NCBI RefSeq assembly: GCF_018977255.1
Contig: NW_024704742.1
Span: 24,926,001-24,990,000 of the forward strand
Direction of reading: 5' to 3'
Source: Callorhinchus milii
Taxonomy: Eukaryota
Length of the DNA stretch: 64,000 bases
The notes below the pieces were generated by a model. The model had not been told where the DNA came from and ran no database searches. It saw nothing but the letters and a program-made list of their open reading frames with translations. The number at the start of each line of letters is the position of its first letter. Position 1 is the stretch's first letter. Below are positions 39,301 to 51,300 of this stretch, piece by piece. A program made the position numbers and the translations under genes.

Positions 39301-42300
39301 TATTTGATACATTTGCAATGACAGCACCAAACCCTTAATATACTACATGTTTCTTGCATGGTATATAATGTAAGAACCCAGAACTTATTGCAAATAATAG
39401 GTGTTAAATGAGACGTTAAACTAAGGTCTTGTCTGTCTGTTCAAGTGGATGCTAATGGTACCATGGCACTATTTGAAAAATGAAGGTTTTTCTCCTGGTA
39501 TCCTGACTAATAAACCCCAAATAAAATCACTCATTCACTTCATGGCTCTTTGTGGGAAATCGCTGTTGTGGGACAAACTGGCTGCCACCTTCGCCAACAG
39601 TCACTACACTTTATAGTAAATCCTGTGAAATGCTTTGAGATATCCTTCTGAAGTGAAAGTCACTATATTAAATGGACTCATTATTTCTTATCAACTAACT
39701 TCCGTTTTAAACAACCCAATTGATTTGGCATCTATTAAGTATTGCTGCTTAAAAACTATTTGTCTGTGTTTTTGTGCAGCACCAGGTCTCACTGGAATTG
39801 TTGGAGGAAGACCCAAAGTGTGAGTATGAGGGCCTGGAGACAATGTAAATCTGATTGACTAAAACAAGAGTTTTATCATGTAAATGTTGCGCATAATGTT
39901 TAATGTGCTTTACCCCATGGATCTAAAAATCGATTGTAAGCCTTTAATTTTGCAATACAAATATTCTGACTTTTTTAAACAAATTATCAATTTTTGGTAA
40001 TCTACACTTAAAATTACACGCCATCAAAACAATTGGATATCCTTTTTAAAATTATGCAATGCAGAAAATGTGCGTTCTGGAATATATTTTTGCCATATGT
40101 CAGCTTGTTAGAAAGGGTTGTTGGAAATGTTCTCTGTGCACAAGCTAAATGACCATTTATCTACCTCAGAGAGTTATGTTTTCCACCTGTCTAAGTGTTC
40201 TTTGTAAGGTGTACTTGACAGAGTTTATGACTAATTAGTTAATGTGAGATGAATGGACAAGAAACTCCCAAGGGTTGGGGAGGTATATCTGAAATGTGAC
40301 AACACCTCATTAACCCATTGCAAACAACAAAGGTTGTATTGAACATACTAAAAAGTTTTATAACTGAACAGTAAGCCAAAACATTTTGTACATCAAATTT
40401 AAAGGCACCACAAAAGTATGTTTTACTGAACTGATTTAAATCACTGTACAGTACAATGTGTAACTAGTTTAGCTGCATTGACTAATCCTCAGTGGAACAC
40501 TGAAATGCTGAAACTTTGCACGGATCCTAAATCTCCAGCTTCTGGAAATTTTCTCACTGCAATCTTAAAGTCTAAATGTTTGTGTTTGTCATTGGAAATT
40601 ATTCATGTGATATGTAAATTGTTGTGTGCCTATTCATTATGGATGAAGAATGGCAGTCCTGCTTTTGAATCCATCAATACTCCCATATCATAATAATCCT
40701 TGGATTTGATATTATGTTATCGAAATGTCTCAAATGTGCTTCACAGGGTTTACTATAAAGTGAGAGACCTGAGTTCAATTCCAGGCAGGGCGAAACCTTG
40801 GGCAAGTTTCCTTACTCCACACGCCTAATAATAATCCCTCCAAAACAAAACAATAATAAATTAGTCATTTTCAATCTACGACTGTTTGTGGGACATTGCT
40901 GTGCTCAATTGGCTGCCACGTTCGCCCACAAATATACAGACAATTCACTTTACAGTGTGTTCTGTGAAGCGCTTTGCGACGTCCTCCCGACGTGAAAAGC
41001 GCTATATCAAATGCAAGGATTATTATTATTATAGTGACTCTGTATTTTGTAGGCAAAATTATGATGCAAAAGAAAAATGTCCATTGCATTGCTCGTGACG
41101 ATATATCCCAATCCCAACTCTATTTTCAGTGCTTCTGAGCGGGTATCTCATGAGTCAACCATGACTTGTGGTTGATGTGAAATCTTGTAACTTAGTGGGT
41201 AGAGCAATTGCCTCTCAAGCGAGAGGACCTGGGTTTGATTCCTGGGCAGGGTAAAAACATTGGGAGAGTTTAATTACTCCACACGCCTCTGTTAACCTAG
41301 CAGTAAGTAGGAACCCGGTTGTTAGTCGATTGGCGGATCGCTTTTCCAGCAGTAATAACTTAGTCAAAATAAATTTTTAAAATAATTTGGTCGCTTGTGG
41401 GATACTGCTTGCACAATTGGCTGCCACATTTTGCCCACAAAATATACAGTCAATTCGCTTTACAGTATTCACTTTACAGTATATTCTGTGAAGCGCTTTG
41501 AGACGTCTAGAAGACATGATAAGGCGCTATATCAAATGCAAGGATTATTATTATTTATTATAATTTTCATTATTGTTTTATTTTGACCTTCATCAATTAG
41601 CAATGGTGATGCTATGAAGTAAAGTAAATCATTCAAGAGTCCTGTACAACTCTGTACGTAAGTCATGCCCTTCTTCTTAGATGTTCCTCTTTCTTTCCAT
41701 AGATCTCCCATTCTGAAGCCATTCTTCTTCCTGTATCCAAAAAAGGACATCACGGTATGGTAACAAATCCGTATGAGAGACCTTGGCAGTGAAGCATTTT
41801 CAGGCAGCAGATTCTGAACTAAATCTGACCTCCACTGCATGTCACAACATGTAGACTAAGAATTCTGTAAAACAAACCATTTCTATTTTTAGATTGTTTA
41901 ACGTTTTACTCCGTACGATTGATTGATTCATTCTTCATTCCTTATCCTCCACATGTCAGTTAATTTGCCCAAGTCATGAACCAGAGGAAATCACAAGATG
42001 TTAGGACTTTTTATGTAATTGCCTTTAATAGATGATCATCTTGCACCATATAACCCTGGGCAATTCCCTTAGTTTGTCTCTCTTGGTCATCAAGTATGTT
42101 CATTTCAGTCAACATTAAGGGTCGAGACTCATTTGCAGTAATGATACTGGTACGGACAAGTTGGGCTGATGATCTATTTCCACCCTGTAATGTTCCATTG
42201 TAATTAAGTATAGAATGCTAACAAGGCCATTCTCCATCATACCTGTTCCAGATGTGAAGGATGATCTTCAGAGATCAGTGATATTCTCTTTCACAACTGC

Positions 42301-45300
42301 ATGCTAATACATGTTGATTCTAAGGTTGCAAAGTGAATTAAATAATCTTAAGTACAACATTTACTGTAAGAAGGAAGACATGACATCAGTTATTACAGGG
42401 TATTGAGTAGCTTGATCTCTTTCAGCTTGTTTTAACATTTATCGCTGCAAAACTGACATCCCAATGGTGTACGTTGCTCTTTCTCAGCTCTGTCTATTGT
42501 GCCTTCCCTTCTCCTGTCACCACCTGAAATCTTGTTGATATCGAAAGCAGCCTAAAAATTCCAAATTATAAAAACACTCCTTTTGGGCTAACTATGTCTC
42601 GTTTCAAATAAGTTCAACCAAACCAATGTTTTTGGTGAAATGTTTCATAAAATTGTCAGAAGTCCATGTTTTTAACAATAAAGTAGTATAATTGGGATAA
42701 TATCTTATCAGTCCACCTCTTCTCTCTCCCCCCACACACACAAGACACACACGTACACTGCTATTGGTATTGCACCTCATAAATAACAATGATTATTCTA
42801 ACTACAAAATGCCACACACGTAAACTGCAGAATTGTTCACCATGTACATGGCTGCATGGAAACATAATGACAATTGAAGTCATGTTTTAACTCTCCTCTA
42901 ACTGGACAGTGCAATCCTAGCATTCCCTTATTCTTTTATATAATACTGAAGCCCACATCTATTTGTATGGCTTTTTAACACTCAAGTATAGCTGGCCTTT
43001 TAGCTGGTGAAGCTAAGTAGCATATCACCGTCATGCCTGAGACTCAAGGTCAATATATGGCAATTTCAGAGTTGTGTGCTTTGCAGTCCTGAGATAAACC
43101 TCTTTTGTTTTACAGTGCTAAGTCTTTATTGGCATATTTTAGAGCTTTAGTTGTTAGTATTGATATAATGTTACATTTGGGTTATCAGTGATATCCGAAG
43201 AAGGTCAACTAAAATCAGCAGTTGTACAATATTATACAGCCTAAAGACAAAAATTATGTTTCATGTATCTATTCCGCAGCAAAGGGTATTATATATAATA
43301 TATATACACATAATATATATTATATACACAAAGAAGAAATACATTCCTTTGTTATAGTAACTTTGATGCAACAATTAGCAGACTTCTGCGCATTTGCTTG
43401 GTTGTGCATGTTGTCAAAAATGTATGCTATCGTTGAAATATGTGTTTTCATAGATTGATGTATTTCTGAATGGAAAGCTTATGGAAACATTTAAGGAGGA
43501 CTGTGACAACCCTGCCTCAGCCTCTTCGGAGGGAGATGTAGAACAACAAGAGGACGACCTTAAAGGTGTGTGAAAAGTCATTTCTACCAAACGTATCGAG
43601 GCCTTCCATTTCCCATTGCTGACATCTCTCATCTTGAGGAAAGCTGAAACTTAATACAATAATACTTAAAAATATAAAAATATTCACAAGAGAGGTGTAG
43701 ATGAAAAAAGCCCTTTGGCTAAGAACTATCATCTGTTTACAGCATCAAACTGTTTCTTAAATGAATCCAGCGACTTGATCTCGACCACCTATCCTGATAA
43801 CTTGTTACAGCCGTTAACCACAATCTCTGTAAATAAATGTTCCTCCTCACACCTTCACACTTACTCAGCTCTTCCCCTCCTCCCCCATCACCTACCAGCT
43901 CAGACGCCCAGTCAGCTGTGTGAAGTACTTTGAGACTTCCTTCCAATGTGAAATGTGCTATATAGATGCAAATTGTATTGTAACATGTGCACTCTTGCCT
44001 GCTGCCTTGGACTATCTGAAAGTATTGAAGTATTATTCTGGGTTAAAAACTTTCTATGTTCCAATTTATATGCCTCTATAAGGGTTTGTCTCATGATGTT
44101 TAGTTCCAAAGCTGAAGAGCCCTAGGTTAATCTGATAATTCCTCAGAATTTATTCTTGTTTCTCCTCTGAGAAGCCACTAGTGGCGCAGCAATCAGAACT
44201 GTATATAATATTTTAGGTGTGGTCTAACCACAGCATTGTACAGCATGAGCAGCTGATTTGGCAGTATAGCCCAGCATCCTGTTCACCCTGTTATTGCTCA
44301 ATCATTGTGTAATGCAAGGAGCTAATGGACACTGCAACATCTCTTTTAATTTGCACTTGATAAGTTATATCGCTTATACGTCCTTCCTGTTCCCATTCAG
44401 CTCCTTCAGCTTCAGCACGGTCTCCAAGTCGGCTCTGTGAAGCACTTAAGACATTCTCCTGATATGAAATACATTACGTAAATGTAAAAGTGTTGTGTCT
44501 GTAGAGCGCATGAACCTCCTATTTTTCTTCATCCTGTCTTACAATGTTGTCAAAGCTGACAGGTCCAGCATTTAAGTCCCCATTTTTGGTTACCCTCAGA
44601 AGGTGGGGATTGCAACAGCTGGCTCCCTAAGGCATTTTCAGAGGACATTTCAACGAACAACAACAACTTGCATTTATATAGCATCCCTCAAGCAGGGTAG
44701 GTCCGAACACTTGGCAGTAGTGGAGCACGACACTGAGCCAGGAACTCAACCACACATAGTGGAGCGCTGCTAATCCTCATGGCAATTATCCATATGTCCC
44801 TCACTAACATTGGACTCTGATACGGAAGGGGCTGTGAGAATCTGCAGTTGAGTGCATATAAAAGGTTACTGAGGACATAACAGGGACAGTAAATTGCAGG
44901 CCTCATAAGCTCGCATTCATATGCATAACTTCTCACATTTAGTTTTTTTTCTTGTAGTGCAAAGTTAAGCATTTACACTTTTGTATGGTTTAGGTTTTGA
45001 GAGCGAAAGAGAGACAGTCATAGAGGGAGAAAATAGAGGGAGAGACACATAGACAGAAAGGGAGAAAGTTAAAGGGACTCAAAGAGAGACTTCAAAGAAT
45101 GAAAGAGAAAAAAAGGAACAGGGAGAAGTACCAGCAAGGATCCTGAAGCACTTGGTGTGTATTTTTGCAGGTGTTACATGTTAGAAGGTATGTTTTCCAA
45201 GCCTTAATGGCTATTTCAATCAATTTCAGTACTCGGAATTCAATCAAAGACCAGCTTTCATGGAGAAATGACATTTTAGTAACTGTTTGAAGTAAAGAAA

Positions 45301-48300
45301 ATCTGAATTGATGTGGTGTTAAAACAAAGCTGGAGATTATTTGCTGAGGAATTAATACCACATTTTGTTGAGTATGGCATTTTTTTTACAAAAAGTAGGT
45401 CTTTGTGATTGGGACTAATGAGTGTAACCAAACAATACTCACATGGATAAACAACCTCCCAGCTTTTTTTTGATAATGTTTGCTATGGGATTAATAAGAA
45501 TTAGTAAATGGTTTATTTTCTTTTGTACATACTGTATTTCATGAAAAATCACAGTGATTCCAAGCGAGTTGACTAGAAATCAACCTTGTTCAAATTTGTG
45601 TTTAGTGTTGTTCGTCAGATATTGTCTTAATTAGCGCCAGGTTTTCTTCAACATTCCTCACTCGCCTCTCTCCTGAAGGCTCATTTGATCGCATCCTTCC
45701 AGAATATCTAGCTTACCATCTACCTCTTCCAGCATCAGGCTGTTTCTTACATGAGAGCAGAGCATTGGAACTTAATGATTAGTGCATCCATCTCGCAAAC
45801 AAGAGACCTGGTTCGATTCCCGATGGGGCGAAACATTGGGCAAGTTTCCTTACTGGGGAGCAAACATGTGGAGCAAACCACTGGGGTTTGAGGTGGAATA
45901 AGGAACTACAAAGAGTCTCAAAGGAACTAACAGGTTCCTGTCACTTCATGATTCATGGTTATTATAGTTAGAGATTTATTAAAAGTTAGATGAAGAAATC
46001 CTGTGAGAAACTGTATGAGTAGTTTAGATAGACCAATGGTTGCCTTGTGCCTGAAGTTGTTACTTTGGAAGAAAAGGGGTGGAGAACAGTGCATGTGATA
46101 TTGTCTCATCCCAACTCAAAGCCGGAGTGGAGCAGTTGTGTGACAACCTGCCCAGTGATCTTACTTGTCCTTGAGATGTATGCAAGTAATGCTGTGCTTT
46201 TCACCTCAAGGGAAGTCATTGCAGGGCTTGAGGATGAACCTAACATCCTCCTCTTCCTCCCCCCACCCCACCCCCTCTTCCCTGGGCCAAGTTAACGTCT
46301 GTTAATAAGAGCAGTTAGGGATTTACCCTCAACAACTTGCATTTATATAGCGCTCTTCACGCCAGATTGCGTCTCGGACTGCTTAACTATAGCAGATAGC
46401 CTAACCAGCTGACATTCCTCAGAACCAGTATGCGAGTCTCTGACTGTGAGTAAATTTACATGAATTGGCAGTTGAGGTGATGGAGGATATCTTGGTGGTC
46501 AGTGTATGGCAAATTTACAATTGTGATTTAAAGTTTAAATATTTACGATCTGTAAGTGAGCACAGGGTCTGGTGGATCTAACACTTACACATCTTTGTTT
46601 AGCTTACTGTGGTCAGCACTGGTAAATGAAGCATTCGACATCTACTGTTGAGCTGTTCGTCATAGATAGTTACATTGATTCTCAGAAACTTCTCGCCAGA
46701 TTCACAGGGTGTTGCCTTCACCACAGCAGATCTATTGGAGTCCTGTAGCTCAGTGGTTAGAGCACTCGCTTTGCAAGCGAGACACCTGGGTTCAATTCCA
46801 GAAAGGGCGAAACCTTGGGCAAGTTTCCTTACTCCACACGCCTAATAATAATCCCTCCAAAACAAAACAATAATAAATTGGTCATTTTCAATCTACGACT
46901 GTTTGTGGGACATTGCTGTGCGCAATTGGCTGCCGCGTTTGACCACAATTATACAGTCAATTCACTTTACAGTCTGTTCTGTGAAGCGCTTTGAGATGTC
47001 GAGAAGATGTGAAAAGCGCTATATCAAATGCAAGAATTATTATTATTGCAATGAGGTTCAACAAAGGATAATATATTTAGCCAATTACAATAATAGTAAT
47101 AATCCTTACATTTGATATAGCTACCTCATCACACTGAAACGTCTCAAAGCACTTCACATTTTATATTGTGAAGTATTTTGTGGGCAAAATTATGGAACAG
47201 AAAAATTGACTTAATGTGAAATGTTAATTTGAAAAAAAGATTGTTTTAAAGTATGTCACTTGAGTTCAGTTAAATCAATTTAGACTTATGTTTTCCTTAA
47301 ACATGTCAAATCCATTTGAAATGTCAAACCCCTCCCTGTTAATTAACAGATTGGCTTTCACACTGAACAATTATCATGATCACTTGGATGCGCATGGGAT
47401 TAACCCCCACACCCAGTGGCATTAAAGTAATTAGTATTAGAGTCAGTTCCTTTTAAAATAATCTTCTGACCTGCTGTTTTCTTTTCAGAGTAACTACTAC
47501 CTACAAATACATAGTCACTACACTTTATTTGTTAGCCTTTAAATACACAAGTGTTACACTTTACAATGAATCATTTCAAGCACGTTCAAAAATGTTGACA
47601 ATGTAATAAACTGCTATATCAAATGGAAAGATTATTATATTCACAGTTCTTTGAGCAGATATTGGGTATGTACTGGATAAATTTACACCCTTGCATTCAG
47701 TTTATAACTGCATAGAAATTGCTCTTTATTCAAGACGAGTTTCTGAGCAAAGTTTTATTGATGTATTCATTTTTGCAAAGTGTCTTTAAGTATTGTATGT
47801 TTACATCTTTTAAATGTTTTATCTATATATGCATGTGTGTGAAAATTTTAAATCAGGTTTTATTTTGCAAATATTTAGTTTGTTTTGCATTGTTGAAGAT
47901 TCTATGTATTTCTTGGTCTAACTTTCTTTTATTTGTTGACATTTATAGACCTACCCATTGGTTCTAACTGGTACAGACTAGAAGAGCTGGCTTATGCTCG
48001 AAGTGGTGACAAAGGGAATTCTGCCAATATTGGTAATCTTGGTTTTGTTTAATTAAACATGGCTGTCAAGTATTTTCACTAACTGACATTAATGATCATT
48101 ATCCAGTTCTCACATTTTTGATGAAATTTGTTTGCTAGTTTTCACCAAATTACTTATCATCATTATGTTCTTTTTAGTTGTTACCAGATGAAACTTTATC
48201 TTCACACAGTCCTACTTATTTTTCAAATGACTGAGACAATTAATGACAAGAGTATTATTTACACATTTTGTTGCCTGGATTGTGCATCTAGGCATCATCG

Positions 48301-51300
48301 CTCGACATCCCTTGTATTATCCATACCTGAAGAAAATCTTGACTGCTAAGACTGTGGAGGAATATTTTCAGCATCTTATAGAGAAAGAAAATCCTGACTT
48401 CCAGATGGTAACCAGGTACTTAATTTATCCATGAAAAATTTTTCGTGGTCATGTTTGTCACAAGTTAAAGTCTCAATGAAAAATCTACATGTGAGCAAAC
48501 TTTACTGAAAGGCACGATAGTGGTGGATGTTTAGGCAGGTGCATCTTGACTTTATCAAGGAGAGTGCCAGAAATGAACTAAAGTTATGAGGTGGAGTGTT
48601 GGAACTCGAGGATTCAGCCATTAGAAATAATGCAGAGTGTTATTGGAATGACTGAAATAGTTTGACAAATAGCACCACAATAGCTGGAGATGACCTGAGT
48701 TATGTCCAGAGTGAAATCTATAACTGCATATTGTAGATAATAAAACTTGATGGCTTTCTTATAGCGCACCCAATTTTGTTCCATGGTAATTCAAACCTAA
48801 AAGATTTCCTTCATTTGTCCTGACTACTCTGTTTGTCTTCCCACACTGCACATGGGTCAATTACAATGAATTTTCTGTAGTTTTGAACACAGGCTTGCTT
48901 AGTTTTGAAACCTTGCAAGTCAATTGTAACTGAGTTCAAGCAACTTTTAGTACTAATAATTATAATTATATCCAGAAAGTCCTTAATTCTTCATTTGGAT
49001 AAATATAGCTTTAGAGCATGGTTAACCGAAACATGCTGTTCATTACGAAAGAAACAGGTTTTACTGCAAAAAATATGCAGTAATTGCAAGTGCTGTAAAC
49101 AACTGTATATCACAAAATGAGGTGATAATTATAGAATATTTTGATTTCAATACATGAAATTGCTTGAAGCCTAACTTCGGTGTGGATGATAATATTTGGA
49201 TGTAACTGAGGAATAGACATCTGCACGTAATTATCTCTTGAGATGCAGAAATAAATAATAAAATAATCCTTTCATTTGATATAGTGCCTTTCAATTTATG
49301 AGAATTTCTCAAAGCACTACACATCATATACCGTAAAGTGTAAGGACTATTTTTTAGGCGAAGGTGGCAGCCAATTTTGTGCGCAGCAGTGTCGCACAAA
49401 CAGCCGTGAAGTGAATGGGAGGAATTGTTGGCCAGGACACTGAGAGAAATTTCATTCTCTTTCAAATAGCACTAAAGGATCTGTAACATCCTCCTGAACA
49501 GGCAGACTAGTTCTTGGTTTAACAGCTCATTGAAAGGACGGCACCTGCAAGAATGCAGCACACTCCCAGCACCTCACTAGAGTGTCAGTTTGGACTATGA
49601 GAATTCAACATCTTAATGTGGGGCTTGAATTCGCAACCTTCTGACTCAGAATCATTTGGGATGGATTGCAAGGATGTGAGTCCACCATTTATATCTCTGC
49701 CTTTGGGAACCCACACCTTCTGTTTCCTCCAGTCACCAGGTACAACTTGAGGATGCGTTTTCACCACAATTCACACAACCTTAGTGCTGCCAAGAAGATG
49801 ATGAACAAACCCCGTGAACTGTGCTTACTGCAGGTGTGACGTTGCAGAAGCTTAAGAGACTTGAGGTTAAGCTGGATTCCTTCCATCAGAAAATGTCTCT
49901 TGCTAGTTAATTCCAGATGGCAGACAGCTTAGCCTCAATTATCTGAGATGTTGCAAATGTGAATGGTTAGTCAGTCCATCATACACATTTGAAAATATCT
50001 GATGAAACCCTTGTATTGGGTTCCAGTTTCAGTGAAGTCACAGCAAACTCAAGAGCCCCGAACGTTAACATTTTTACAAATCACAATCTGGCGAATTTAA
50101 AAACCTGTTACTTTCATTTATGAATATTTGTTTTCTGGTTATATTTTATTTATGAACTACTGAATATCATTGTGCATCTCCCAAATTGACCTAGTGGATA
50201 AAAGCATCACACAGTGAAATGTTAGGGAAATTCAAGGTTCAATTCTCTGTCTGTGCTGAATTAGCCAGGAATAGATTCCTAACCCTAGCCCAAGAATGCT
50301 ATCAGCCACAGACACCATTCTTGATCACTGTCCAGCAACTCCGGCTAGAAACTGTTGTGTGGATGTTGTTATAATAAGACTTGAATTTGATATAACGCCT
50401 TTCACATCGAGAGGATGTCCAAAGTGCTTCACAGGGTTAAGATTAGTTAGGGAGTGACTGTGTATTTGTAGGCAAACCCAGCAACCCAATTGCTCAGAGC
50501 AATGACCCATAAATGGCCATGAAAAAAAAATTGGGGGGATTATTGGCCAAGACACTGAGAGAAACTCCCTTCTCTTTTCGAATAATGCCATGGGATCTTT
50601 AACATCCACCTGAATAGACAGACAGGACCTAGGCTTAACGTCTGACCTAAAGGACAGACAATGGGGCATACCCCCAGTACTGTATTGGGATATCAGTACA
50701 CTGTGAGTTCAAAGTGCAGTGTGGTTAGAACCCACAGCTTTCTGAACCGGAGGTGAGAATGCAACCAACAGAGCCAGGCTACCACAAACTGCATCAAGAT
50801 GAGGCAACGCCTAAACTATGGTTTACAACACTAAATTTCTATTAATATTACATCCACAGATTTTAAAAGAATTCTTTTGTTGGAACTGAACCTTTAGAGA
50901 TTTAGCCTACTCTACATATGAATAATGTGACTAACGTTTCCATAATAACTTTGCAGAACTGTCCATTATTAATTCTTAGAGCAATTGCATAAGAATTAGT
51001 TTTCCATGTCATATCTAATCTAGTTTCACATGACAAATATAGTACTTCAAAAAGGAAGGTCATTTTGAGAGGAAGAACCTCTAATCCATCCTGCGGTTAC
51101 CAATCCTGATGTTCTAAATAATCATCAGATTCAGCACTAGCCACTTATCTGGATTGAGTCCAAGCCTTTTGGCTTGGGTTGGGTTTGACTGCCATGATCA
51201 GTATTCAAGAATGGGATGCCTGCCAGTTTCCACTTTACACAACGGCCATCATCTGGAGACATCATTATAAATGTACATGCATCGTGTTGCTACTTGTACT

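Noticed and set aside
24568..39779. Nested protein-coding gene in the 15-kb intron
   Set aside because: No spliceable exons with recognisable protein motifs were found on either strand outside retroelement fragments.
41670..41702. Upstream alternative acceptor ttcttcttag (41680)
   Set aside because: It adds 22 nt and breaks the frame; the acceptor at 41702 restores the SPILKPFFF reading.
46737..46812. Apparent tRNA-Ala(TGC) gene (also at 2773, 32760, 35160-35230, 39025-39096)
   Set aside because: These are SINE heads: no proper acceptor stem or terminator, and each continues directly into the SINE body.
49998..50035. CTGATGA plus hairpin resembling a hammerhead (also a CTGCTGA..GAAA on the minus strand near 4575-4600)
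   Set aside because: The first lacks the GAAA core. The second has a mutated core and no stem III or cleavage site.
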